DNA of 64,000 nt from Squalus acanthias. Lineage: Eukaryota. Below, in pieces: positions 1 to 14,203 of this stretch. Below the pieces are notes generated by a model. The model saw only the letters and a list, made by a program, of their open reading frames with translations. It ran no database searches and was not told the DNA's origin. A program made the translations under genes and the position numbers. Where the stretch lies: contig CM059446.1 of assembly GCA_030390025.1 (NCBI GenBank), positions 15,190,001-15,254,000 on the forward strand, written 5' to 3'. How positions within the stretch are numbered: position 1 is the stretch's first letter; every line of letters starts with the position of its first letter.

Positions 1-851
1 CAAGAAGCTGAATTCAAATTATTTTACAAAGAAGAGAGTTGTGTGAAACATTGTCACTGTTATTTCCTGGTAACTTTCCCCCTGCCCCCGCCAGCTATTT
101 ATTAAATGGTGAGGTACAGCTACAGCAGTCTTAGTATTCTTGGCATAAACACGGCAGTTTGGCTTGCGCTTGTGGTGTGGTTCCTAGTTTTCGTCTTCAA
201 GAGGACTGATGACCTGACCATGTCTTTGTTCTTGTAGATATCAAGCGTCAGCAGTTTGCATCTTTAAGTCCACTGCATCAAGGAATGCAAGAAGGGAATT
301 TTCTTTGCAGCTTGCCAATTACTGAGCACATATGAGCTTTGTAAGAATATTGATGTTGACTCGGAGTAGAATTAAGCTTTCTTGAAGCTGTTCAATCTTG
401 TACCAGCTTTCTGCCAATCTTTGGCATGTGCTTTCCCCACTGTTGATCAGATTAGATTAGATGTAATTATCCAACTAGCTGAATGTTATTAGTGGCTCAG
501 AGGTTGGCACTTACAGCACCAAGTGCATGGGCAAAATATGGCTTCCTCAGCATTGTTTGGCTAATTCTGTCAATTGCTCTACAGTGATTTAATTGGCTTG
601 CAAGCTGGTGAAGAAGGACATAATGAGGCCGTTGAAACATGCCATGGGACATGTATACTAAAAGAATTCTTCTTGGCGTAGGAGACTCTGGGCAGCTCCC
701 CAGCATGGAAAGGAGGGGAATCGAGGAAGTACTTAAGAAATAGCTTCAGATAAGGCTCAGTGGTAGGCTGAGGGATACAAAGCAGCAATCCCAGAAGGAT
801 CTCCTTAAAGACATGGCCAGTGAAATCTCTCATCCTGCTCACTTCAAATCC

Positions 852-1214
852 CTCCATGATCTCTTCCCCTCCCTATCTCTGTAACTTCGTCCAGCCCTAC
901 AACCCTCGGAGATCTCTGCGCTTCTCTAATTCTGGCCTCTTGCTTTTCATCGCCCCACCATTTGCGGCCGTGTCTTCGGCTGCCTTGGCCCTAAGCTCTG
1001 GAATTCCCTTCCTAAACCTGCACCTCTCTCTACCCTTCTCTCCTCCTTTTAAGTCTCTCCTTAAAACCTACCTCTTTGACCAATCTTTTGTTCACCTGTC
1101 CGACTATCTCTATATATTGCTCGGTATCAAATTTTGTCTGATAATGCTCCTATGCAGCATCTTGGGATGCTTTACTACGTTAAAGGCGTTATATAAATGC
1201 AAATTGTTGTTGTC
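852..1214 (+). mobile_element. L2-clade LINE 3' fragment
   Basis: homologous to 13561-13920 and 37905-38490; ends in ttgggatgctttactacgttaaaggcgttatataaatgcaaattgttgttg. Confidence 0.8.
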
Positions 1215-1659
1215 TTGATCCATGAATTTAGTTGCTTTGTAGAGGGCAGCGTCATGACCAAAGAAAGCTGGATCTAGCGAGTGGCTGTTGATTTGTTTTG
1301 GCATTGTGATTAAAATTAATTTAGATGTGTTGTGATTTCATGTTTTTATGCTGCTCACCACCTCAGTTAGCTCGTGTTATTCCTTTTCTGAAGACACGGG
1401 AAGAGCTTGGAATAATTCGTGTTTGGGTACTATGAAAAGTGCAGTACTCTCTTTCTGATGAAGTAAACGAAGTGTCAAAGTTTACCATTTTACCCAATTT
1501 GCAACCAGATGGTAGGCTGTTATGACTGAAACATTGCAACAGTTCGCCATTCAGTATAATTTTACAGGGCTCATAGTCGGAATGAAGTTTTGATTTTGAT
1601 CCTTTGAGAGTTCTCTCTCAAATTAATCATGCACCTTGTTAATTATCACTGTTGCTATG

Positions 1660-1756
1660 TTAGCCTACAGTGGCAAAGCTTCAAAAGTAATTGATTCACT
1701 GTGAAGCACTTGGGATGTTCTGGGGATATTAAAGGTGCTATATAAATGGAAGTCAT
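1660..1756 (+). mobile_element. 3' fragment of Deu-domain SINE
   Basis: matches the 3' end of the copies at 22034-22509 and 57146-57595; a more decayed fragment lies at about 3570-3712. Confidence 0.55.
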
Positions 1757-2361
1757 TTTTTCTTCCTGTCTGTTCAGGGCATTTTATGTAGTGATGAAAT
1801 ATGTTCAGCGTCAGAATAAACTGAAGGAAGCCAGAGGACGGTAGCAACATCTATAATAAGGGAACCCCATAAGTATTGGTATTCTATTTAACAAAAGTTT
1901 TGTGAACTTGAGGTCCAGAATCTCACTTTTACAATAAACCTGAAATGAATCATCCTTTGAACGTTATATTGGATCCTGATTCTAAGGTAATGTAAAAGAA
2001 AACAAGGTTGATTTTAAGCATGAAGCTCCTGTATCATTTTAAGTGTGTATATTTTACAAGTTAATACTGTCATGGCAATTTAACGTTAAGAACATTTGCA
2101 AACTTAGGATGCATCATATCTTTCAAGTCAAAAGATAAAATCTACTAGTATTTTGCCATGAAATAATGTTGAGTAAATTTTAATTACAGTAGTAACAATC
2201 TTGATGCGATAAAGCTGATTCCTAGTCAGGCTTAAAACATTTTAAGTTTAGTTGTCATTTTGATGAAGAGCCAATAGGAATTTATACCTCCTGAAGTTCA
2301 CATCAAGGCATATTTTGCATCTAAACAGAACGGTTGAATCTTGCAGCTTTTGATCGTCAAC

Positions 2362-2364
<3 letters not shown>

Positions 2365-2396
<32 letters not shown>
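2365..2396. repeat. (GT)n microsatellite
   Basis: uninterrupted GT run of about 16 units. Confidence 0.95.
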
Positions 2397-2397
<1 letters not shown>

Positions 2398-4002
2398 TAA
2401 GAGGAGCACAAGCAACTCTAACCACTGGACACAAAACAAGTCCAAAGCCAGTTTTTAGTAATTGAGCAAGTGCTGTTGTTTTACAGCTAGATTTAGCGTA
2501 CATACATACATCATTATTGGCTCCCTTGCTGTATTGCATGCGACCGTGTCTCCACATTCATTCCTCTGAGTCAACAGGCTCCTTACCCATTGTTTATGGC
2601 ACATGGTAGTTTGCAGATTGTGTGAGAATTGTGCACCATGTTGGCCCAAAAAAGCAAGGGCACCAACCACAGATTTCCTTCTCCTGAATGTAGAAGCAGA
2701 ATTATCGCTATTTTGGTCTATCTGCCTGAATGTATGTCTTTGTTTTTTTTTAAAACCTCATTTTGCATATTCTTGTAACATTATGCTTTGCTGCAAAGGC
2801 ATGGGATTGGCTACTCTGATTTTCCACTGTGGTCGGTGTCCTTGCTGTTTTGGAATTAATTAGAGCTAATTATTGCTATCTTTATAATTATGGCCATGGC
2901 TTCACAGCACCAACCCACATAGGGCAGCAACTTCACTACACAACCCAGAGCAGTTAACTTATGCCAACCAAGTTGTTAATTGAATGTGAATTTTTTTTTG
3001 AAGAAAACTGTAAATAAACCCAATTGGGATAAATTAATACAATGAAAAAAGCTGATAATGGAGTGTTGATTCAGAGGAATGTATGTGGGGATACTGCCTT
3101 TGCAGCAAAAACGCATGGTTGTGCTCTGAAAGCTATCTTCCTGCACTACTTTGTGGCAAATTGAAGGGCGCTGAAGTGAGAACTGATTTGGACCCGTGCT
3201 GATTTTTTATCAACCATTTCATCAGTTAGTTTGCTACTTTGGTGGCTCAATCAGTCTAAGACACAGTGCACAGATATGTTAAGTGAATAGTCCAGGTACT
3301 GCTGAAGTAGACAATTCAGGACACCTGTGACTACACATGCTATGTTTTTTCAAACATTCATCTATATAATCTAGGTCACTTGAGAGGTGCAACAGTCTCC
3401 TCAAGCTTGGATGTGTTAACTGGTTAGATTTCTATTTAGCTGGGTAAGTTACTCCTTTTCAGTAATATTTGTTACCTTGGATTTTAGGTGACTGTTGAAC
3501 AATTTCTGCTTGTTATCTGCAGAGTTGTGTCACATTGTTCTGTCCCCTGACTGGTCCTTCCTTAATTAATAGCAGTTAACTGGTCATTCATCTCCTTGCT
3601 ATTTGTGGGATGTTGACTGGCTGCCACATTATGATAACAATCATTGGACTTCAACAAGTGCTTGATTGAGCAAAAGAGCTTTGTGATTGAAAGGGATAAT
3701 GTAAATACAACTGTTGTTACTACCTGAGCCTTGTCTGAGATTCATACAAGAACTTGTTTTGAGTTGTATTTCTACCAGGCTGTTTGGGTTTTCTCATATT
3801 ACAATGAAAATAGTTTCTCTGTCCTTTTGGCCGCCTGGTGTTCATAATCTACCAGAGCATTTTTGGCTGATGCAGCATATCTTTAAACCAGGGTTATGAA
3901 CTGTACCATTATTACATTGTATATGGATGGCATATGCTCCTCTGTAATATATGCTCGGTTTGTGCCCAGTCAGAGGATCTGGACTTCATTTGGTGGTTGT
4001 AA

Positions 4003-4978
4003 TCATAGACTCATACAATAGTACAGCACAGAAGGAGGCCATTCGGCCCATCGAGTCTGTGCTGGCTCCTTGGAAGAGCAATCCAGTTAGTCCCACTCCC
4101 CGGCTCTTTCCCCATATCCCTGCAATTTTTTTTCTCCTTCAAGTATTTATCTAATTCCCTTTTGAAAGCTACCATTGAATCTGTATCCACCACCCTATCA
4201 GGCAGTGCATTCCAAATCCCAACCACTCGTGGAGTAAAGAATTTTTTCCTAATGTCGCCTCGGGTTCTTTTGCCAATCACCTTAAATCTGTGCCCTCAGG
4301 TTATCGACCTTTCAGCCATTGGAAACAGTTTCTCTTTATTTACTCTATCTAAACCTTTCATGATTATAAACACCTCTATCAAATCTCCTCTTGGCCTTCT
4401 CTGCTCCAAGGAGAACAACCCCAGCTTCTCCAGTCTATCCATGTAACTGTAACCCCTCTTACCTGAAACCATTCTGGGAACTCTCTTCTGTACCCTCTCC
4501 AAAGCCTTCACGTCCTTCCAGAAGTGTGGTGCCCAGACTTGGACACCATACTCCAGCTGGAGCTGAACTAGTGTTTTATAGAGGTTTATCATAACTTCTT
4601 GGCTTTTGCACTCTATGCCTCTATTTATAAAGTCTATAACCTGGTGTTGTGCGACCTCTCTATTTATAAAGCCTAGGATCCCATATGCTTTATTAACTGC
4701 TTTGTTAACCTATCCTGCCACCTTCAAAGATTTGTGCACAAACATCCCCATGTCCCTCTGTTCTTGCACCCCCTTTGTAAAATGGTACCATTTAGCTTGT
4801 ATTGTCTCTCCTCATTCTTCCTACCAAAAATGTATCACCTCACACTTTTCTACGTTGAATTTCATCTGTCCACCCATTCCACCAGCTTGATTGTCTTCTT
4901 GAAGTCTATTACTATCTTCCTCACTTTACTACACTTCCAAGTTTTGTGTCAAATGCAAATTTCAGAATTGTGCCCATT
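4003..4978 (-). mobile_element. CR1 LINE 3' fragment (older family) with a small nested insertion
   Basis: ORFs 4011..4280 and 4296..4592 give the CR1 RT C-terminus (LYKTLVQLQLEYGVQVWAPH, FFTPRVVGIWNALP); same family as 28774-29990. Confidence 0.9.
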
Positions 4979-6599
4979 CTAATCAGTGTTGATGTACAAC
5001 CAAACCTTGTGCTCGGTATTAATTTCAAAAGGTCACATGGTGGTCAGGTATGTCAATTGGTGCTTTCTGATGAATGGCAGATTCAAGTTGATATGCTCTC
5101 TGGAGCGCAAACCAGTTGGATGTGGCCATTAACAACTGTGAAGCAAAATGTAGCCTGGCCATTGTTGAATTGCCATCCTCATGATGGCAATTCAAGTCAG
5201 AAGTTGGGAGAGTGGGTCACTTGGGGGTAGACTGTTTATGAATTCATCAGAATTTGAGAGGCAAAAGGGAATCATTAGCAGAAAATAGATGGTAGCCTGT
5301 ATCTACAAAATAACCTTTCTGTTGAGAAGTCGTTCTTCCCAAAGATTTTTGGAAGTATTGCATCTGATTTCAAATCTTGAGATCTTGCTTCTGCCAGATT
5401 TGAATGTTGGCTCAGTTCTAGCAACTGCGCCATCGAAAGAGACTGGTACAGCTTGTTAATTACCTGCTCATTCAAGAATGATTCTTGGATATCTTGTCAA
5501 TGCTGCGTAACATTTGCAATTTTGGCTGGAAATGACCAGTTTGCCTAAAGGTGTAAATATATTGTGCACTGAGTCAAAACTCACTGGATAAGTTTGATTT
5601 TTGCAGTTCTTCTTTGTGACGAAAGTAGAGGCTGATTTGGCCTGTGTTTTTGTAGATTGACGGCGAATTTGTTTGGCAGTACAATGCTTAACTTCCTCTG
5701 AAGGATCTTCTCTGATGGCAGGTGCACTGAACTAATTTTATACTGCTGGTATGCAACTGTGCATAACCAATGAGTTGCAAACCCTTTTCTGGACTTCTCG
5801 AGCAAATACTTAAGGTCATCTGCTTTCCGACAGAGTTGTTGGAAGGATCTGTCACAGTAGATGACTGATGTTGACAGTTGGTGTGGAATAAATTATTTTT
5901 AAAATGTAGTCTGTCTGTCTTCATGATCTCAGTGAACCCATGTTGTGCATCTTTTTAAGAGGGTCTGCAGGCTTCTGCAGTTTGCTGTTAATTTGGTTCA
6001 TATGTGCGCATAGAGTGGGTTCACTCTGCCTCTGAGACACGGTTTAAAATTTAAATGCCACCAATTCAGCTTCTGCTTTCACTTCTGCTTCTCCTTCCTT
6101 CCTTTTCCCTCTTCCCAGAATTATCAAATTTTACCTTTGCAGAATAGGTAAACATCTTCCATACACAAAAAAAAAGTTGCATTTAAAGTTCACTTTTTTA
6201 ACTTGCTGGCTTTTTTTCTTCCTTTTGTTCAATTCATAAACCGTCTTGTGCTGCAGGTTAGCAATTATTTTGAAATGATTTTAATTGCAATTCACAGACC
6301 TTATTTAAAATAACAAAATAAGCAGAGGGAGTCAGAGGTATTCGTGAACTCACTTCAGGTCTCATTTCTGCTGCTCGCCTTGCCTCTCTGGCAGTTTTTT
6401 CTTTGTTCAAAATTTCACCCACTTCTATCCGTCCTGACTTTTTTTAAAAAGTGCTAATTGTTTATTGCCTTCTCAAACCCCACGATGATGTTTTCCCCAC
6501 TGATATTTCTTAACTATTGCACCAAACAACTCCTGATCCTTAGTGTTTTCAGCCTTCATTTAAAATCCTCTTATTTCCTCTCCTCTGAATCTTCTCTGC

Positions 6600-7475
6600 T
6601 TTCAAACTCAATCTACTGCGACCCACATCCATGGCTACCCCTTTGATATCATTATGCAAAGCCTTGCCACTGAGATTTTGATTATCAGCCAGACTATTTC
6701 AGATTACAGTACTTCTTTGACTCCCTTATTATCCATATTCTTCCCTGCCACCCCACTCTAAACTCCATACTCTCAGCCTTGATTCTATCTCCCTTCCCAG
6801 CTGCTCACTCAGGATGAACCAGATGGTGCAAAACCTTGGTGTCATGTTCATTCTTCAGTTATGTCTCGAACCCCACACCCTATCCATCACCAAGCCTGCT
6901 TACTTCCACCTCATGCTATATGGCTTGCCTCCACCCTTGGTTTCCCCCTGCTGCTGCTGATCTCCTTATCTGTACTTTGTTACCTCCAGTCTTGACTGCT
7001 TCAACATCCTCCTCGCCAGTCCCCCATGCTGTACTGTACACAAATTGTACTTGTCTGCATTTTGTCATATTTGTTCATCACTCCTGTCTTTGCAGACTTC
7101 CATTCACTTTATGTCCCCCATCATAGCAAATTCAAAATCTTTGTCCTTGTTTACAAATCCCCCACTGCCATGCCTTACCGTAGCTCTGCAACTTGCTTCA
7201 TTCTCCTGTTCCATGCTGTGCTCTTCAGTCCTCTAAATTCTGGCCTGCTGGATCTTTCTTCCCCTCCTCCCCTAGCCCTTGCTCTGCTGTACCATTGGTG
7301 GCAGAGTCTTCAGCCTTCTTGGAACTTTCTGCCTGGACCCCATTGCCTTTAAAAGCTACCTTTTCAGCCATGCTTTCGATCACCTGTCCTAACTCTTCTA
7401 GTACTGCTTGGTGTCTGGTTCTGCCCTGTGAAGTACCGTGGCATGTTTCTGCAGTAAAGGCATTTATTAATTATT
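6600..7475 (+). mobile_element. decayed L2 LINE fragment
   Basis: C/T-rich; resembles the L2 copy at 37905-38490 (ttcaaaatctttgtccttgtttacaaatcc, ctctaaattctggcct); boundaries approximate. Confidence 0.6.
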
Positions 7476-10251
7476 AATCGTTAACGCCACCAATCCAATG
7501 ATCCCTGATGAGATTGGAAGCTCACTGGGGAATTGTGTCAGAAACTCTTTAAACTTGGTCTGTGGCGCATGCATGTCAGTACTATAATACGTGAAGCTGT
7601 CATCAAGTGCTGTGTTTACAATGTGAAATACATGCTTGTATGAAGCCTAGCAACTTGATATTCACAGACTAAAATGGTTTTCTAGCACATGTAATGGTGG
7701 ACTATTTCAAAAGAACTAGTATGTTGCTGCTTTGGGCTTGATGTAGCCCCTGAGGAATGGTTGGTATGCTGAAGGTTCTGTTTAATGTGCTAACCTTCAA
7801 ATTCGAAACCATCACCTGATATGGTGCTGCGTGTTCAGTACCTTCATATTCACAATGGATGTGCTGTTTTCATTTAAACCTTTTGTGCAACAAATAGAAA
7901 TGGGGCATTTGTTTGCTGTGTTAACTGTTCAACTTTCTGAATAGTGCCTTGACACCATAATAACGTAAAGCACTTAACCAGATTTTCACCGAGCTTCACA
8001 ACTGACTTGCTCCTTTCTTTCATCAAACTCTTGATATTATTTTCAAAAATGGGCATTCTGGGAGCTGTCTGTGCATTTCAACATAATGGTATTCGATGTG
8101 AACTCTGGTTCAGTTGAAGAAAATAACTTTCATTGCCTTGTTAATAACTCATTCAGAAATTTGAAGCGATGAACTTGTGTTATCCTCAAGAACTAGTTAA
8201 ATTTATTAATCTTATGAAACGGTTTAATTTTGAACAAAAATCTCTACATACCTATTTTTTGACTTATTTTTCCCTATCTTTTGGTGAAGAGACAATTACC
8301 TGATTTTAGTTAGATTCGAGGTCAAGGTGGCAGAGAACACGAGAGCTGGCTTGATCTCAAGACTTCGGAACTCGGGCGCTAACTACATACGTTTCCTTTT
8401 TTTTTTTTTCCTCCCTGCCCCAGGCTTTGCCTACTGTCTGAAATGTGCCTTGGTGCATGAGGGAAATTGTTGGGGAATCAAGATTATAATGCATTCAGTT
8501 TACTAGGCCCTATTGCTATTAGTACCATTGCGATTTGTCTAACTTTTTTAAAATTCTGGAGTAATTGTAGTTGTAGGTGGTGGTTACAGCACTATTATAG
8601 TGTGTAACGCAGAGAGTTCAGAGAAAATCAAGAGTTCTGTTCAGTTATTTGGCGAATTATTTGTCATCTTCCAGTGCTGTTTGAAACTTGTGGCTCGGTT
8701 TAAATTGGTGATGCTGGCAGGATGTTGTTTGAATCTCAACTTGAATTATACGGTAGTGGTTCTTAATTTGTGATCTGGTAAACTTCAATTTGCCAAGTAT
8801 TCCACTCAACAGTTGGGTTCATGAACATTCAGAATTTAATGCTGAATTGGTGGCAATTAAGTACAAAGGAATAATTGCTAATTTTTGTAAAAGATTTGAC
8901 TCTGTATTTGGATGCTTGGCTTCAATAGACAAAAATGAAGTGAAAAAATAATATTTGGTTTTCCTTTTGAGGAACAATGATCATTGCCTAAAATAACTAA
9001 AATTCTCATTGTTAAAATTTGGGGTTTTTGTCGGACTTTCTGTTGCTCTTGGTTCCGTAAGCAGATTTGAGGCCTCGATGATTGCGAACCTGCATATTTT
9101 TCTTTGTATAGCTTATCTTGCCTAGCAGAGTTTTGTGATTTCTACGATCAACAATGATCCACATGTATTAATCTGTTTACTGGATTAATCAGTTTTGAGT
9201 TGTGTAGCATACAAAGTACTGTAGATGGATATTGCACAATGACCAGAGTTTCCACAGGTTAACGTAACTAAATAGATTTATTTACAATTCAATGGAAATA
9301 TGAAGCACGACAGAGTTTGGCAGGTACTATTTAGTACAATTATAATTGAACAAAAGTATAAGTGGTAAGTTAATAATTACCCCTTTCAACTCTTTGGTAA
9401 TTAAAGTCTTGGGATTCACAAATTCTGGCTTTCTATGACCTCCCCAAACTGAAAGATATTACAGTTTTAAGCTGTTGGGTATCAGCGGCCTCCTTTCTGG
9501 CAAATCTTAATGGTTTACATTCATAGGATAATTGCAAAACATGATGAATGTTAATGCCTTGGCAAAGAGGTGCTCACAGATGTTTATGGGTTCCTGTGTA
9601 AACAGATGTTTAATTATATTGTATTTCAAAAATGCAAAAGCCATGGTCAATAATTTAAATACATTCTATACACTGGCAAGGATTTCTCATGATCCAATCA
9701 ACAAGAATGAGTGTCTACGAGAAATCATTACGTATTCAGAGCTTCTGGACATTTGCAAAGATAAAAAGCTTTAGTCATGCACAATACAGGAAATTTTGAT
9801 GTCTAGCAATTTAAAACAGCAGCCACGGTTTGATTTGATTTTAAATGGATTTGAGCAAGATCCACTGATTTGTAACAAACTAGGGAGGAGAAAAACTCCA
9901 AGCAAGAGATAAATTGACTAGATTCCGCCTTGGTGGCCCCCAAAAAAGTAAAACATCCAGGAATGTTCAACCAAACCTTTGAACATGTATTTTTAGTGGC
10001 ACATTCCACAGATGATATGTAAAACACAAAACTGCCTAACTTCACTGGCTTATACTGTAAAGTAGAGTTTGATGTTTTAGCAATTGTAAACATGAATTAA
10101 ATCAAAACTGATTTAAGATGTCAGATAGAGTAAAACTGGATTAAAAACTTCATATGAAATCAGATTAGATAAGTGTTGTGGATTTTTCCTCCCCACTTTT
10201 TAAAAAATGTTCGAACTTTTTATCACCATTCTGGGGATTCTAGTAAATTTT

Positions 10252-11200
10252 GAAACATAGAAACATAGAAGATAGGAGCAGGAGTAGGCCATTCGGCCCC
10301 TCGAGCCTGCTCCGCCATTCGATGAGATCATGGCTGATCATCTCAACTCAGTACCCTGTACCTGCCTTCTCCCCATATCCCTTGATACCTTTAGCTTTAA
10401 GAAATATATCTAACTCATCCTTGAATATATTTAATGACTTCGCCTCAACTACCTTCTGTGGTAGAGAATTCCACAGGTTCACCACTCTCTGGGTGAAGAA
10501 ATTCTTCCTCATTTCTGTCCTAAATGGTTTACCCGCTATCTGTAGATTATGACCCCTGGTTCTGGACTCTCCGACCATCGGGAACATTCTTCCTGTATCT
10601 AGTTTGTCCAGACCTGTCAGAATTTTATATGTTTCGATGAGATCCCCTCTCATTCTTCTATACTCCAGTGAGTATAAGCCCAATTGACCCGATCTCTCCT
10701 CATATGTCATTCCTGCCATCCCAGGTATCAGCCTTGTGAATCTTCGCTGAACTCCTTCCATGGCAAGAACATCCTTCCTCAGATAAGGCGACCAAAACTG
10801 CACACAGTACTCAAGGTGTGGTCTCACCAAGGCCCTGTACAACTGCAGCAGGACATCCCTGTTCCTATACTCAAACCCTTTCGCTATGAAGGCCAACATA
10901 CCATTTGCCTTCTTCACCGCCTGCTGCACCTGCATGCTTACTTTCAGCGACTGGTGCACAAGGACACCCAGGTCTCGTTGCACTTCCCCTTCTCCCAATC
11001 TATTGCCATTCAGATAATAGTCTGCCTTTCTGTTTTTGACACCAAAGTGGATAACCTCGCACTTATCCACGTTATATTGCATCTGCCACGCTTCTGCCCA
11101 CTCACCCAACCTGTCCAGATCATCCTGGAGTTTCTCGGTATCCTCCTCGCAGCACACACTCCCACCCAGCTTTGTGTCATCTGCAAACTTGGAGATATTA
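10252..11200 (-). mobile_element. CR1 LINE, 5'-truncated, young
   Basis: ORF 10348..11292 is open from KFADDTKLGG to the C-terminus GYGEKAG; 3' UTR hairpin region and (TTTCTATG)n tail. Confidence 0.95.
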
Positions 11201-11519
11201 TAATGTGATTGTAATATGGAATGGCACTCAAACCTGCCACCACTGAAGCAGGTAACAGTGCAAAATTGGCCTGTGAAGATCAAATATCTCAAAATCCTGT
11301 TCGAATGCTCAATGTACTTTGAGTTTGTAACTTAAATTTGAAATAGGCTACATACTTTGAAAATGAACTTAATTTCTGAGTAGCGGAGCACCAGAAGGGT
11401 CTATTCTCAGTTCCCTGCTGTTCACAGTATTTGTAAGTGATATGATGGAGGATGGTTCTTTTAATATTACAGATTTGCTGATTACACTAAACAGCAGGCA
11501 GTGAGTATAAGAGACATTG

Positions 11520-11935
11520 GTATTTAGCAGGATCTGGACAAATTAAGCATAAAGCATAATGAACAGCAGATGGATTTTAATGCAGATAAAGGTAAGGCTA
11601 TGAATATTGTAATGGGGAATGTAAAATGTGCATGACACGATGGTTGTCTGTGAACAATAGTGGAAAAGAATTTGGGTGTAATAAGACGTAAAAAGTTTCT
11701 AGTGAACTTAATTCTGACTAACTGCATGTTTGGTCGTCTCTAAAGAGCATTTGACTTCAAATCAAATTATGATGCCATAGATTTTTGATGAAGTTGTTTT
11801 GGAATATTTTGTACTCCAGCCCTGATGTTTTCAAAAAGAGCCTGATGTGTTGGAGAGTTCAGAGAAGGTCATTAGAATGATTGAGACTGACAATTCTAAG
11901 TAATGAAGGGAGACTCCCACAACTGGACTTGCTTA
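11520..11935 (+). mobile_element. very decayed CR1 RT fragment
   Basis: remnants of QQDLDKL, QMDFNADKGK, EKNLGVI and VQRR-like segments; boundaries approximate. Confidence 0.5.
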
Positions 11936-13560
11936 TTTTTATATCCGACAAATGTGCACATCTCCTTGATGGGGAAGGATACTGTATGTTTGGTTTTTAG
12001 AGCACTATTTCATTCAGCTTTAGAATGGACACATACGTAATTGCTGGAACCAAGTTCATGTCGCTGTTGAAAAGCAACAGGCCAGGATTGCGTAATGTTG
12101 ATGTTGGTATCTATAGGTATTCTGGAGATTGTCTTGATTTATCTTTGGGGGAGGTGGGGTCAGAGAAAATTGTTCAGAAATTAGATTAGCTAAATAGGGT
12201 AGAACCCATGATTGGTAGATTGTACATACTTCATAGAATGAGTAGGTTAATGGCCCAAGTGGCTGTTTGTTTCTTGTTCTGTGCTTTAAATGTTTATGGC
12301 GCCATTGCTTTTGAAAACTATTGAATGTCGTTGTTAAATGGAAAAACTGGCAAGAATCTACCAAAATTCAGAAAGAATAATTACTTGAGTATTTTCCACA
12401 CATTCATTATGTTGGCACACAATTTGGATTAAGGAACATCAAAGGTGACTTTCAGAGGAATTCGAGGATTATTGAGAATCTTTGTGTGGAAAGGAAAATA
12501 TTTGATCCTGATACTTAGATTAAACAATATCAAATGCTTCTGAGTTTCTTAAAAGAAACATTTTTTTAAAATGGCAACCAAACATTTTGTAAACTCCACC
12601 ATCTCTTATGGTACTACTCAGGCGGTGAGGGGGGTGGTGGGGAAGTGTGTTTCCGATCTGAAATGGGAGTGTTTTAATCAGAAAAGTGTGACTCTTATTT
12701 TCACTACACAGATATTTAAAATGTGATACCGTATACGCAAGACTTTAAATAGATTTGTATCCTTCTTGAAAATAACCAGTCAGTGAAATCACTTGTTAAA
12801 GTGCTATAGATTAATGACGTTTGTTCTGAACCGCATAGTGTGCTTGATTCCCATCTGTTTTTAATTATGTTAATTCTAAAAATGAGATGACTGCAAAACT
12901 GATACAGACCATTAACTTTAGACTGTAAATGGAATTTTGTGTGTAAACATGGGTGTTTGCTAATTTGAACAGTTATATTATAAAACTATGGAATTGCATA
13001 TACCCTGTATCACTTTTTTGGAATTTTTTGATCCTTTTTTCCCCACAAGATTTGGCATTCAGTTCTATTTCAAGATTGTGTTTTTAAAACATTGAATTTT
13101 AAAAAGCCACAGATTACAGACTCCAACAGAGGGGGGAGGGGCTTGGCATGTTAATTTTAAAGGTTGCCAACAACTGGAGACATTAAGTAATTTATTATTT
13201 CATCTCAGCTGACCTAAAGACATCCACACCTATTCTGGTGGGGATGATTCTATTCATGTGAGCCCAGCACGAGGTGTCTGCTGAGAATATCTCTTATGAG
13301 AGAGGGTAGTTAGTCGGTTGACCGGCCTACTGGTGAATCACTGAACGAGGACGCAGTCGGAGGCACAGCCCTTCCATTTCCTGTGCATGCAAAGAGAGAG
13401 ACTTATGGGTAGTCAGTGAATCAGGATCAGGAAAAGTTAAGTGAGCTACTAATGTGGTGTATTTCTATTGTTCATGAGGGTTCTGTACTTGTATCAGTGA
13501 GATTTGATTACAACTGTATGTTCACTTGCTGTATGTAAAATAAAGTGGCTTAATGATGGC

Positions 13561-13920
13561 CCTGTCTATCTCTCTATAACCTTCTCCAGCCCTACAACCC
13601 TCAGATCTCTGTGCTCCTCCAATTCTGGCCTCTTACATATTCCCCCCTTTTCATCGATCCACCATTGGCGGCCGTGCCTTCAGTTGCCTTGGCCCTAAAC
13701 TCTGGAATTCCCTCCATAAACCTCTCTACTCCTCTCCCCTCCTCCTTTTAAGACGCTCATTAAAACCTACCTCTTTTGACCAAGCTTTTGGTCACCTGTC
13801 CTAATATATCTCTACGTGGCTCGGTGTCAAATTTTGTCTGATGTTCTTGTGAAGTGCCTTGGGATGTTTTTGGGACCATTTTTCTACATTAAAGGTGCTA
13901 TATAAGTGTAAGTTGTTTTT
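13561..13920 (+). mobile_element. L2-clade LINE 3' fragment
   Basis: homologous to 852-1214 with the same tail. Confidence 0.8.
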
Positions 13921-14203
13921 CAATCTGCCTCCAGAAAGATTGGAGAATCACACAAGGCGGAACAGGGGACATATTTGGAACTCCTGAATAATTTCATGAA
14001 GTGATTGTCTACTTGTACCCCCTTCCCCCATTTTTGGAGGACCACTGAAATGCCTTTGGTTAAGTCTGCAGCAACAAGAACAACTTGCATTTTTATAGAG
14101 CCGTTAACGTGAGTGTGCAGCCTATAATGCTGTCATAAAATGGAAGAGCACGGAAAGTGGAGAAAAAGGGTCAAAAAGCAGGGGGAGGAGAAATCCATTT
14201 TAT

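Noticed and set aside
6210-6262. Recursive splice site tgctgcag|gttagc
   Set aside because: Weak donor, interrupted pyrimidine tract, and such AG|GT sites are expected by chance.
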